Below are positions 29,472 through 42,737 of a DNA stretch of 64,000 bases, one piece after another. The first letter of the stretch is position 1. The number at the start of each line of letters is the position of its first letter. The notes under the pieces were generated by a model. The model did not search any database. It was not told the DNA's origin and worked only from the letters and a program-made list of their open reading frames with translations. A program made the translations under genes and the position numbers. The stretch comes from Eledone cirrhosa (lineage: Eukaryota), in NCBI GenBank assembly GCA_964016885.1, contig OZ024740.1, forward strand, positions 332,258,001 to 332,322,000, read 5' to 3'.

Positions 29472-29635
29472 ATTGTTTCTACTTTTTGGCATAAGGCCAG
29501 CAATTAGCCAATGCATTACAGGTACTTTATTTTATCGACCCCGTAAGGATGAAAGGCAAAGTTAAACTCGGCGGAATTTGAACTCAGAATGGCAAGGTCA
29601 GTAACTCTAGCTGTCAAACATGGCGTCTGAACCTC
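29472..29635 (-). mobile_element. Meta-type SINE (paralog of 25258-25420)
   Basis: Same position in duplication unit 2. Confidence 0.8.
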
Positions 29636-29725
29636 TACTTTTAATATATTATTCTTTAGTGGATTCAAGTATAGCCATATAGAACTTAATATTTATTTCT
29701 TCCTGTTATTATTTCATCGAGTTGT

Positions 29726-29912
29726 ACGGGCGGTGGATTGGCAGTATCGGTAGAGGGTCGGACGCCATGCTTTCCAGCATAGTTACGTCAGTTTACGATC
29801 TGAGTTCAAATCCCGCCGAGGTTGACTTTGCCTTTCATCCTTACGGGGTCGATGAAATAAAGTACCAGTAACGCACTGGGTAATTGCTGGCCTTGTGCCT
29901 AAAGTAGAAACA
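29726..29912 (+). mobile_element. Young Meta-type SINE with perfect 18-bp TSD
   Basis: TSD attatttcatcgagttgt at 29708-29725 and 29913-29930; empty site at about 25495-25512. Confidence 0.93.
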
Positions 29913-30871
29913 ATTATTTCATCGAGTTGTTAAGTTACGATTCGACATAAAGAAAATCAGATTTCATGACCATACCGGCTAACATAAACTGCCACAATAA
30001 TTTCAATGAGACTCTGAGAGGTAAATGAATACCTCCTTTGGGGAATATCGATGATTAGTGGGAAGAAGTTAGCTTCTAAGCGCTGATCAGGCTTATATGC
30101 TTCCAACAGTGTCGTCTCCAATTATGAAATCTTTCTCTCGATCTCTAAAAAACGCTTCGGACTTTCATTTACCTCACTGCGCTCTGATTTCAAAACAGAG
30201 GTCAACTTTGAATTACATCCTTTGGATCTTGATAAATAGAACACCTGTCCGCTACTGGAGTGTTTTGCCTCTCACTCTTCTTTCTCTCACTCTCACGCAT
30301 ACAATTACATGCATACACAGATACGCACACACGCACTCACACACACAGATATATATATATATATGTATGTGTGTGCGTGTGTGTGTGTGTGAGTGAGTGC
30401 GCACAAGTATATATATATATATAAATTTCCAGTACGAAACACTACTTTTAATTTTATCAATACGACTTCATCTTGATTCTGAATATAACAAACATCATCA
30501 CCATTTAATAGTGTATAGTATTACATTAACTGCCCTTCGTCACCTTCTAAATATTTATATGTGGTGAAATATATGTGTGTTTCAAATGTTCGGATTCGGC
30601 TTTATTTTGCAGCCACTTAAACATAGATTCTAGCCATAGTAATCCTTCTATCACATGTGAAAGCGCCATTTGGGATTTAGACTTCAGGCATAGCCTGATG
30701 CGAAATCATTGTATGGTTCTTTGACGCATTAGGTTGATTCACTGCCTATGAATATGAGCCGTGGTTTCATACATATAAAGATGCCTAAATTATACGAATG
30801 TATCAAGTAAAATTTGTAACTGTGTTTACACCCCCCAACAGAACACGGAAATCCACACACCCCTCCACACG

Positions 30872-30909
<38 letters not shown>

Positions 30910-31021
30910 CATACACACATTTATATATATATATATTCACATACACAGACACACATACACATACACACACACATACACACACACACGCACACGCACACAC
31001 ACACATATATATATATATATA

Positions 31022-31138
31022 GTAAATTGTTCAAGACTCTGTCGGTGTCTTGAACAATTTCCTATTACCCACTCTACTACTCTAAGTATTGAGTACTCTG
31101 GTGCGTTATGGACCACCTGGTTCCTTACCACACTTCCT

Positions 31139-31141
<3 letters not shown>
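31022..31141. repeat. Short (TA)n-embedded repeat family, copy 1
   Basis: cctattacccactctactac..tattgagtactctggtgcgttatggacca..ggttccttaccacac, shared with 38607-38761 and 45583-45727. Confidence 0.8.
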
Positions 31142-31194
<53 letters not shown>

Positions 31195-31936
31195 CAGTAA
31201 TTATGCTGGTCACAAAAATCTAAGTTCCCATTGAAAGAGATGGCGTGAACAGTTTTCTTTTCATATATTCAAATGGGAGACAAAAATTTGTAAATTGTGG
31301 TTCCTTAAAAATCTTATATGTGTTTTAGATGAATAGAAAAAACGGTGCAATGTTTATGTAGTTTGGTATAACTCAGCGTTGTGTGGATGAATATATATAT
31401 GTTGATGAATATTTATATGTATATATGTCCCAATGTTCATGAGGATGTCTTGATACTTGTTCTTTGGAGAAAAACGGAATCTGTTGTCATGCAACACAAA
31501 TGGAATGTGTGCATTATCAGAATTCAAGACGGTGTAATACAACTGTCCTTGTTGATTGTATATCCGGGGCCTTGCTTTTCATGGGAAAGATTTCAAATAA
31601 GTATATTGATAGATCTATATCTATTTGTATATATAATTATATTTTTCAGAATGCCAATATTTGTATACATGCCTGTGTGGCCTAATTGTAAAACATGTAT
31701 ATACATCAAATGAATCCTATATTATTCAGCAATTACTTCACAGTATTAGCATTCGTTTTGCACGCTTTCATTGTATCTCATCACTCATAAACACGGAAAA
31801 CACAGGCACATACACTCACATTTATATATAAACGCATTCAAACATCACCTGATTCAGAAATGTATTTCAGTAAAAATTGTTTTTAAAACTACATACTACT
31901 ACAAGGCCTATCTCTCTCTCTCTCTCTCTCTCTCCC

Positions 31937-32053
<117 letters not shown>

Positions 32054-32619
32054 AAGAATGTGGCAAAGTCGGCCATTTGTCGCTCGTATAGAGGAAAATG
32101 TCTGGCCAGTCTGCTGATATGCAAATCTGGCTGATATCAGTGGATCTGCTAATATGCAGATCTGACTGATCAGCCAGTCTGTTAATATGCAAATCAGGCC
32201 GATCAGTTTTAATATGCAAATCAGGCCGATCATATTTTAGAAAATATATTTTCACTAGCTCTAAAAGTTGGCAGGTGAATAGTGTGCTCTACTGATGTAG
32301 GGTGATACCCAGAAACATTAGTGTCTGCAGTTCTGTTTACATGCCAACTCAAAAGCAAGAATGAAGGGTTCATTCTACTGACATGGCTTTAAAAATGAGA
32401 CCTGTGTACATAATTGCACACGAATCGAATGTTATCATTAATATTCGAAAAATTTAGATTACATTTATTATACATATAATATATGTATATATATATATAT
32501 ATATATATTTAAAAATATATATATGTATATATATATATAGTGAAAGAGTGAAGAATAACATGCTCAGCTGTACAAAAAGTGTTTTATTTACAGTATTAAT
32601 AATTGTTTCATTGATCAGA

Positions 32620-32660
32620 TGAGTCTGAAGGCCGCTAAACACTCGAAATTGCGTCACTCA
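32620..32660 (+). ncRNA. Degenerate type I hammerhead-like motif
   Basis: UGAGU-CUGAAGG-ccgcuaaacacuc-GAAA-UUGCG-UC-ACUCA: perfect 5-bp stem I, but A9 is G and stem II is poor. Confidence 0.45.
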
Positions 32661-32674
32661 ACCTTAAATACAGT

Positions 32675-32716
32675 GTGTCTCTGATCAAATCATTCCAATG
32701 ATTTGATCAGAGACAC
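32675..32716. repeat. Perfect 20-bp inverted repeat with 2-nt spacer
   Basis: gtgtctctgatcaaatcatt-cc-aatgatttgatcagagacac. Confidence 0.95.
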
Positions 32717-32952
32717 TCTTTCACTACTCCAAGAATGACCTGCATGGGAATTCTCGCAAACTCGCAACCTAACTAAGGAAACCTCTTGTTAAGTTAACAA
32801 CGCCGTACGTTAAAACTATTCATAGTACAGCGTACTCACACCCCACAACCTCTAACTGGATTACCTAAAACGCTAACTTGTTATCCCATATATATATATA
32901 TTAATATATATATATTTGATATATAAATATATTTGATATATATATATATATT

Positions 32953-33023
<71 letters not shown>

Positions 33024-33290
33024 TGTGACTGTTGTAAGTTTGTGCGGGTTTATCTATGTTTTTGTACCGATAGGAATGTATACCCCATGTTACGTTGTCA
33101 TATATTCATACACCCACATAAACACATTGGTGCGAGTAAACCCATTTTGTATCTAAGATAATATCATTCTTCTTCAGCTTTCTCTTTCTTTATATAATCT
33201 TACAAAAAATCGTTTCATATAGATATAAATCATAATATATATCTGATAAACTCTATAGATTTTTAGGAAAGTGAAAAAGAAAAACTTTAC

Positions 33291-33344
33291 CATAGATCCG
33301 AGTAAATAATGATATCCAAATTTATTCATTCCGACTTCACTGAT
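33291..33344 (-). CDS. Next (54-bp) exon of the same ionotropic glutamate receptor gene
   Basis: Minus strand: tcttgttctttttcAG|ATCAGTGAAGTCGGAATGAATAAATTTGGATATCATTATTTACTCGGATCTATG|GTAAAG = ISEVGMNKFGYHYLLGSM, phase 0/0. Matches the iGluR GM....YHY motif that follows ILKQ, and is in frame with the 57187-56991 exon. Too short for the ORF track. Confidence 0.85.
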
Positions 33345-33476
33345 CTGAAAAAGAACAAGATAGACATGAATTAAATTTCATTCGGAATATGTCTTTTATT
33401 TATTTATTTTAATTATTGTATTTGTTAATGTCCACGGCGAAGGATTATATTTCGCAAAGCACTCCTTTCTATAAAT

Positions 33477-33573
<97 letters not shown>

Positions 33574-33859
33574 GGATACAACGCTGGAGTCGTCATTTAA
33601 CACAAAACGGTTCGGTGCATTTGAACATCTATACCTCTTATTTGGAAGTAAAGGTCATTTTATGGTGCGATATTTAAAAATCTTTCCACATTAAAAAAAA
33701 AATAATAATAATTTCGGATATTTTCATGCGCTTTTGCTTCAGAAGAATAAAAAAATTTCTGCTTGACAGTTGCCGTACGGAAGAAAATTAAAGAAAGAAA
33801 ATTGAAGCAGAGGTTATATATTTGGATTCACACAATAGAAACTACAAAAGAATATAATG

Positions 33860-35015
33860 TCAGTTTGGACAGCGCAGGCTGGCAAAAGGCGTCACTCCCA
33901 GCGAGGGTCGGTAGCCTCGGTAGTCGATCAGCTTCGGACCTAGCTTTACCTGCCTACCTCTCCTCGATCTCCTCTTGTCGCGCTCTTGGCAGCGAGGTTC
34001 TCAGCCTGACAACCGAACCTGACCTGGCCTCCGAGATGTAACGGGCTCTGGCCTACTGGACTGGCGAATGCCACTCTAACCCCTCAGTATACCACAGTAC
34101 AACTTAACTGTGACGACATCAATTGCACGTCCTCTGTCCGGCGGATCGAGTCCGGCTTGGACCAACAGCGCTTCGCCTACCTCCAATCCGCTTCTCAGCA
34201 CAACAGTGGCGCGTGGCTCAATTCGGTGCCCTCCTCATCAACCGGTACCCTACCTGATGATGAGTGCACTCGCATCGGAGTAGCCCAACGCGTTGGTCTC
34301 CGCGTGTGTGAGCTACATAAATGCCGAAGTGGGGCGGTTGTTGACAAGTTCGGCCTGAACCCTTTGTCTTGCCGGCAGAGCGCAGGCCAATTTCTCCGAC
34401 ACGCCGCTCTTAACAACATATTGAGAAGCTGGACGCAGCTGCAGCTGGCTTTCCATCTCAAATCGAGCCAACAGGTCTCTTCCCATTCGAAGGAGGTAGA
34501 TCCCTCATCTGGGACGCCACCTGCTGCGATACTTTCTCCACCTCCAACTTAGTTGCTTTGGCCACCAATTCCGGCATCGCAGCCCGCCTCGCAGCTCGCC
34601 GTAAAATAACAAATACCGACTGCTTCCTCTTCGCACCGGTCGCTGTCAAGACCTCAGGTGTACTTGGAACTCGTACTGCCGAGCTCCTCCACAAGATCGG
34701 AGCGCTGGCAGCCCGTCTGAGGAGGGTATCCCCACGAGGTTGGGTGGCTGTTGCAGTGGGGGTCACTGGCCATCGTCCTAGGGAAGGCTTTTGTCGTCTT
34801 GTCCATGAGGGCTAGATCTCCTCACCCCTTTCCCTAGGCCCAAAGCCCTCTCACTCTCTCACCCTTACCCCTCTCTTCTGCGACATCAGCGCTCTTGCCA
34901 TCCCCTCCATTTCCCCCTTCTTTTTCTTCTTTCATTCTCTTTCTTTTTTCTATATTTCTCTATTCTTTCTTTCCTTTTGTTTCCCAAAATTTTAAAATGT
35001 TTTTCTTACTAAATA
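33860..35015 (+). mobile_element. 3' part of a CRE-like non-LTR retrotransposon (restriction-like endonuclease), disrupted
   Basis: ASLPARVGSLG..LALPAYLSS; SGAWLNSVP; degenerate zinc knuckle and RHAALN; FPFEGGRSLIWDATCCDT; FAPVAVKTSGVLG; pyrimidine-rich 3' UTR. Confidence 0.8.
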
Positions 35016-35259
35016 AGGTTTGATTTTTTTGCTTTAGAACAAATCTATTGTCATTCGTTTAAAACAAAGTTTGCATAATTATCTTGGATGGGGAAAACAG
35101 TATGAACATCAACAATGAAATCATAGAGAACGGCATTCCCTATTTTGCCAACGAGTTCGATTAAAACAGCAACTTGACCTGAACAAATTAAAAGAAAAAA
35201 AGTACTACCAACAAGAATAAGTAAAGTGCATTTTGGGGTTTATGTCAAATAACTCTTAT

Positions 35260-35545
35260 CACAGACGAGAAGTATCCAACTGACAACTGTGTCTATTATA
35301 TAGAAAGAATCACCGCATTATTTGGCAAACACATGCGTAATATTCCTTTGAGTGGTGGCTGTGTCAATATAAATGGTATGGGGTTTGTATTTGAAAGGTT
35401 CGAGGAAAGAGCTTTTCCTAACAGGACCAATCCTCCTATACCGTTTCAAAAACCACTTAAGGAAGAAGATATGGATAGAGAGGGACTTGCTATCATCCAT
35501 TGAATTTAAAGAATGACTTGTGAGAATGGCTGAATTGTTTCACTT
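35260..35545 (+). mobile_element. Degenerate Tx1 ORF2 C-terminal fragment
   Basis: MVWGLYLKG..FLTGPILLYRFKNHLRKKIWIERDLLS parallels IVWWTRLKG..LFGDALINFLKFHLKRKIRVEREVLS. Confidence 0.65.
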
Positions 35546-37834
35546 AGCTATGCAGTAGCAGACGTGAGAGAAGAACTGGAAGAAAATCTTACAGTTAGGA
35601 TGTCAAGGGAAACATTGATTGTTTAATGGATGTTCGGAAGCATTCTCTGTAATTTTACGAAATGTAGGACATCATTTGCTTGTTTCTAACAGAGTTTAGT
35701 GCAATCACTCCTATTTATTATCAGCTATTTATTATTGTTCTTAAGTTTAATGCTGGAAACAATCTTTCACGTGATATAAATCTCACACTGCCTCTTAAGG
35801 TCTTTCTCTGTCTTTCTCTCTTCTATTGTCACCAGCTTAATGAAAAAAAAAAAAAAAAGTGACTGAAAAAATTCGTAGAGCACTAACAAAAATATGTATT
35901 CGTCCTGATTTCAAATACCACCGGGACAACTTTGCCGTTCACTCTTTCTTGGTCGATAACTTAAAGTACCAGCCAAGTGCTGCCGTGATACTTTTTTGTA
36001 TTTCATAATTAAACGCGAACACCCTCATCATTAATAGTTTTCTCATCACCACCACCACCATCATCATCATCATCCGCCTCCTCCTCCTCATCATCATCAT
36101 CGTCATCATCGATGGCGTCTTCATCATGATCATCACTATGATAATTGTTCATGATCATCAGCATCACCATCGTCATCAACATCGTCCTTTCTTCAAACAT
36201 TATTTTAAATATGGTTATCGCAGACAAAAATTGTAAAAAAATTCATAGAATATTATAAAATGTGTTCAAAGTTAAATTAAATTCACAGATGAACTGATTT
36301 TCTGTATGAACTCATCAATTATGTAAAAGCGACTTGTATTTAATCAAACGATTTTTCTTAATAAGTTTTAGAAATTCCTAAAGCTATTGGTTTGTGATTT
36401 TTGTTGCTTTTTTGTTGAATTCTAAAATGTTTCTTTACTGATTATGAATGAACCTAACGTTTACAGTTTGAACATAAGCATATAATTATTTCATCTGCGA
36501 TGCAGAAAGCATCCAGGGCGATTGCAGTGCTTCTGCTATTTATACGGCTACTGATGAAGATAATAATAATGTTGATGCTGCGAGGGGGAGGATATGGAGG
36601 AGAAATAGGTTGGAGATATGGAGAAGGAAAGTAATGGAAAAAGAGGTGTCGGTGGTGACTATCATAATGACGGAACGCCTATTAACCGATGATTATGATG
36701 ATACTACTCGTGTCTCTGTGGTACACATCATAAGGAGGACCATGATGTTTAACCATACTAAGCTGTAACCGGTCCAGTTGTAGCCATCCATATTTAAAAT
36801 GACCTTCATATATTTAAGACGATCAGATAATTAAGGAAAGCGAAGCTGTCGAGTATTCCACATTTGTTCGTTGCAGCAGATTCCACTGTTGCTGCAGATG
36901 ACGATGTAAAAATGGTTGTGATGATGATTGTTGTTACGACGGAAGTCAGTATTATGATAGTGATGATACCGATGATGACAATTTCGAGGAAGAAGATGGT
37001 AGTAGTTGAAAGATGATAACGATGCACAACGTTATTTTATATTGGAGTTAATATTGTTGATGCATATGGATATAATATATGTAGAGGTGGTTGTGTGATT
37101 GTATTGATGAAAAATAAACTTATGACTAACTACGATATGATAGTATGCTTTTACTTATGTACGCATACACCTTTGTTTCAGAATCACTTTCGATTAATTT
37201 AACCTCAAATATTATCATTCTTCACCATATCATTTACTAACAGTTCATAGTGAAATGATGTAGCGGAAAATAGTTTTAGAATAATGCAATAAACAAATGG
37301 TTTGTTAATGATAAACTAACATTGTGTGTGATTGATAATTCATGCTATAATTTTAATTGCGTTTCCCCTTTTTGCACTCATTATCACACACTCTCTCATA
37401 CATAATCTTTCATAAACACTCTCTCCTACACCATCTTTCTCACTCTCTCACTTTTAAACTGTTTTAACTTGTTCATTTCCTTTGAAATAATTCATATAAC
37501 AAATTATCAAAGTTAAACATTTTCAAAATAGAAAGACGACAAATATATTCTTAATATATATATGCAAAGCCATGTGGTTAAGACATTCGCTTCTCAGAAA
37601 AGGCAATATTTGTAAAATCTCTTTGTTGGAACATGGGTAAATTATAGCATAGTAAAGTTCCTAATATCCGATTTAGAATAGCATACAAAATACAGGAATT
37701 CAGAACAATGGTCAGAATTGTTTGTAAGTTGTAACGAAAAATATATATGAGTCTGGCAGGTTTAATGAGTCACTGTCAAAACATGTTTGGACAAGGCCTG
37801 TCAACGCTGAACACGAGTGGACAGTCATTATGTA

Positions 37835-38003
37835 TTTTGTCGTATAGAGTTACGGCCCTTTATGATCTGAGTTCAAATCCCGCCGAGGTTAACTTTGCCT
37901 TTCATCCTTATGGGGTCGATAAAATAAAGTACCAGTCATGCACTGTATCGATTAATCGACTTTCCCCTCCCCCAAAATTACTGTTCTTGTGCCTACATAA
38001 GAA
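37835..38003 (+). mobile_element. 5'-truncated Meta-type SINE (longer 3' variant)
   Basis: B-box and core present; extra tcgattaatcgactttcccctcccccaaaat segment. Confidence 0.8.
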
Positions 38004-38012
38004 TGCATTATG

Positions 38013-38056
<44 letters not shown>

Positions 38057-38134
38057 AAGAGAGATAGAAAGAGAAAGAAAAGGAGAGTGAGAGACGTAAG
38101 GAGAGTATGAGAGAGAGACGGATGAATACATTCG

Positions 38135-38175
<41 letters not shown>

Positions 38176-38204
38176 ATCTGTGTGTGTATCTCATTATTAT
38201 TTTG

Positions 38205-38389
38205 GCGGTGGATTGGCAGTATCGGCAGAGGGTCGGACACCATGCTTTGACGCATAGAGTTACGACCCTTTCCAATCTGAATTCAAATCCCGCCGAGGTT
38301 AACTTTGCCTTTCATCCTTACGGGGTCGATAAAATATAGTACCAGTAATGTACTGGATTAAATCTGGCCTTGTGCCAAAAGTAGAAACA
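38205..38389 (+). mobile_element. Meta-type SINE with 12-bp TSD
   Basis: TSD attattattttg at 38193-38204 and 38390-38401. Confidence 0.88.
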
Positions 38390-38606
38390 ATTATTATTTT
38401 GTCCCTACTCCCATATGGTCGAGCAAATAAGCGGGTGCTAGCTGCTTTTTCTAGCCAATATGTTACTCGCCAAAAGTTCAGCCACTGCTTCCTTTCTGTG
38501 ACCATTATACCACGAGATAATTCGCCCTTCCGAGAATTTTCTGTCAATCGACGAAACTGTGCAGTCGGGACTTTTGAAAAAAAAATTGGTATATATATAT
38601 ATATAT

Positions 38607-38761
38607 TGTTATACTTGACTGAGTCCAGAAATAGCCGTCGAAACGCCTTGAGATCTGCCGTCGGGGTTAAACATATTCCTATTACCCACTCTACTACACT
38701 AACTATTGAGTACTCTGGTGCGTTAGGGTCCATTTGGTTCCTTACCACACTTCTTTCGTTA
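38607..38761. repeat. Short microsatellite-embedded repeat family, copy 2
   Basis: gccgtcggggttaaacat..cctattacccactctac..ccttaccacacttctttcgtta between (TA)n and (CA)n. Confidence 0.8.
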
Positions 38762-40066
38762 CACACACACACACACTCACACATATATATATAATATTGT
38801 TTTTCTTCGTGTCTTTATAGTTTTTCTGAAATTTAATTTACCATAGTTAGAAAAATGTTTCGTCCATCACTGTATTAAATTGGTGTTTGCAAATGGTGTT
38901 AAGTCGGTGCTCAATTTCATAAATTGACCGAACTTCTTAGTCGTGTTTCCTTTCAATGAACTCTTTAGGTGTAGAAATGATTATCTACAACCCTGCGATT
39001 TTTTGCACGTTTCTTATTGACTAATTATTTATTTATTATTGAAATATTACCCAGCTAATAATTTAGCGAACCATCTCACATTTTCCATAATCAATGTCCT
39101 GAAAATATCAGGTGATTTTGTCTCTGGTTATAATACAATTATCTAGTTTGTTTCTTTATCTACTTGATACGAAGATATTTTTATCGTTAAGTGTTTACTG
39201 TTCCCATAGTACTTGCTTACCCAAGTGAAATATCGAACATTTCCTATGTATTCTAAATAGACAATTTAGTGAAAACTAATTGAGGATCCACTTCACGAAT
39301 GTCTTAGTCTTAAATATTGCTAATATAACAATTGTTATTTTATATCTGTATTCTATTTCCCAATGTTTTTTTCTCTACTGAAGGTTGTGCTCTATTTTGT
39401 GTTTCAATCCGTAAAGAAATATACATTCCCACATTATATTTCAACGCTTCACACACCATTAATGCTTAACCAAGTCTTCTCTGAACAGTCAGATGTTCAG
39501 ATCATCTGTTATCCAAACAATCCAGGTATTAAGAAGAGTTGAAATGAATGTATGCAAGATTTCACAGCTCTAGCATTACTCTTTCATAGTCAGCCAATGA
39601 ACCTTTTAACCAACCCTTCTATACACGTGATGAGCAGCTCACTTCTCTCCACCTCTAAGCATCATCCTCCCCTCCCTCTTCAACTTTGCTATGCAGTAAT
39701 AACCATTGCCAGAACTTGTGCCTATGCTAACAATATCCTTGTGCACTGCCATTTGGATCTACCACACATCCACTCAACAGATCTTTTGTCATGTCGTCTT
39801 TCTTATGTATTTAATTTTCTTTTCTTTCTTCTCCACTTTCTTGCCTTTCCATTTATTTTCCATTCTTTCTTTCTCTTTTCCCCCTCCTTATCTACATATC
39901 TATTCCTTCCTCTCATTTCCCTTAAATTCGAGATGTTTTACAGCCGAAGGCTAGAAGAGGTAAATAGCTGAAACCACCGAGCTCGCGGTTGATCCTCTAC
40001 TCGAACTAATACACACAGACACGGACACACACATACTCTCTCTTTCACACACAAACATATATATTA

Positions 40067-40300
40067 AGTGGAGGCACGTGGCCTTGTGGTTTAGGAATTT
40101 GGCTCACGATTGTAAAGTCATGAGTTCGATTCCGGCGGCGCCTTAAGTCCTCGGAAAAGACATTTTATTTCACGTTGTTCCAGTTCATTCAGCTGGAAAC
40201 AATGAGTTGTACCTGTAATCCTAATGACTAGCCTTGTCACATTCTGTGTCACGCCGAAACTTCCTGAGAATTACGTTAAGATTACAACCGACGGAGTGCC
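40067..40300 (+). mobile_element. tRNA-derived SINE of a second family (CORE-like)
   Basis: A-box-like tggccttgtgg, B-box gagttcgattcc, CORE-like gtcctcggaaaagacatttta. Confidence 0.7.
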
Positions 40301-42737
40301 TTAATATATATATATACATTATTCACAAATAATTTACAGCTAATATAATTGAATGAATAAATGAATAAATGCGTTGTTGTAAATATTTGGGTTTATACAC
40401 GTATGCGTGATGTAGATTGTGTACGCGTGTATTTGTACGTGCATCTTTGTCCGGAAGAATAATATATGATACGAATTCAGATGCCTATTAAGGTTTAGTT
40501 TACAATTATACAATTATGTTTGTATATTCAAAACACAACATAATTTCGCTATTATCGTTAAAGTCTGTAATCTTATATATATATATATTGCTTTTTGAAG
40601 CAGCGTCATTAAATTTATATATTCATCTCAGAATAAAATCAACATATATATGCTTTAAGTTTCCATCATTTGGTTGAATTATAAACCATCATATAATTTG
40701 TTTTTCCGCATAGACTATATTATAGTCTTCATTAATTATACAAAATTCTGGCAAATATAAAAGTATATTTCTCATATTAAGCCGCAAGATTGGCAGATAC
40801 GTAAGATATTTTGCGGTACTTAAACTTTTGGGTAAAATGCCTTGTAGTCATTAGATACAGCAATATTTTCCAAAATAATATATTATAATCAACCTATGAC
40901 CTTTCGGTGGAGTGATTATTTATATTGTATATTTTGAAATTAAATTCATTTTTTGCAACAAACTATATAAAATATAATAAGAATATTTTATTTGCGAACC
41001 TACCTACCTACTTAAATACCTACCTTCAGACATACATACATACATACATACATACATACATACATACATACATACATACATACATACATACATACATACA
41101 AATCTTGAGAAGCTAGGCTTCACAGGAACAGAAAGATCTAGTTAGGAAATTACAAGTACAATCCATTAATGGAACAGTAAAAATATGTAAAACATTCCAA
41201 AGATTTTGCATCTAATAACTGCATATACGCATATACAGATATAAAGCATACAATTCAAAACATACACATTCATATCTACACATGCATGCATGAAGACATA
41301 TATGCATGCAGACATACATACATATCTACATAGTTGATGTTGTGTACATTCCAATGAGAGAGTATTGTGTCTATGTTAGAAACCGACTCTGTCTCTCTAT
41401 TGGGAAAACATTTGTGAAATTATAAAACCAGAAGAACATACACAAATACATCCGGATAACAAAAAATATGGTTTTCGGAACTCACTGCGTACGGAGGATC
41501 TGTGGCATACAATGTTTGTTGCACTTGTACTTTAATAAACAGTTGAAGTAATTGTCTGGAAGCTAGATGAGATCTGTGCCGTTGGTGTTAAAATGAAGCT
41601 CTAACCGCCACCTGGAATAAGCCCTTCTACATAAATATGAACTAAGAAGAAAAGACTTATCAACCATCTAACAACGTTTGAATAGCTCACCATACCACTC
41701 CGACAATACTTATCAACCACAAAGACGAGTAGCCCTATACTTAGAAGTATGTCTACACGAGGCAGAGCAGAAATTTCGGAAGGAGGTTTTTTAAAGGTAG
41801 TTTATGAATGATGATTCGCCCACCCAATGGCAATTGCACAGGACTCTTGCAACGAATCGGCTTATGTAAAGTTGCATACCTATGAGCAAAAAATATTTAA
41901 GATATGCTGTCAGGAGAATGCACGGTAGAAATGATATCGATACATAAAATAATCATGGACCAACAATTAGTCCCTTAGCCCTCAATTCAAGGGATAAGCT
42001 TTCACAATTCAAGAACAGGAAGTACCAATAAAGACGTGGTGCTCAAAATAAATATATATTCAGGCAAAACACCTGATGCGACAACAAATATTGCGGAATA
42101 AACATCATAATTAGTTATAAGAAGATGTCATCGCTGTAGTATCTATCGATGAGGCATGATTTAGTGGCCAAAACATACACAATGCAATCCATAGAAAGGA
42201 TACACTTTAATATGGAAATATAGAAATTTACAGAGATGTCGATGCGTTTTATTTAGGAAATGTTCTAGTATTCGTTAAATGTTTTAGTTATAACCCCAGT
42301 AAAATTTAAACATAAGAGACCAGACATAATGATATGAGACAGGGAAGAGAGGACATGGAGAGTAATGGAATTCAGCAGATGTTAATTTACTGTTAAAAGT
42401 TAGTGATAATGAGAGTATTTAGGCCGAAGTAATTTTGGACCTGCAGGGACCCAAACTGATTATTCCTTTAAATTTTTACCTGTGATTATTTGTACACTTT
42501 TATATGTTAATCACTATCTCAGTACATCACTCGATGCTGGTTTTATTAAAGCAGAATAAATACGACTAATTTGGAAATTACAGTATATTAATGGAATCAT
42601 TATAATATGTGTGAAATATCCATCTGTCAGACTAACTGTCAAACTATAGTTATCTATGTACGTATCAATAAGTCTATGTTCTGGCATAAAAACAATATAA
42701 AAGTCCAAATCCGAACATAAATAGATAGATAGATAGA

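Noticed and set aside
39945-39985. ctagaagagg..gctgaaacc hammerhead-like word
   Set aside because: Core broken and stems absent.
40067-40140. tRNA gene
   Set aside because: A/B boxes only, no cloverleaf, continues into a SINE body.
41640-42330. Possible ancient LINE ORF1 remnant
   Set aside because: No motif I can identify with confidence.
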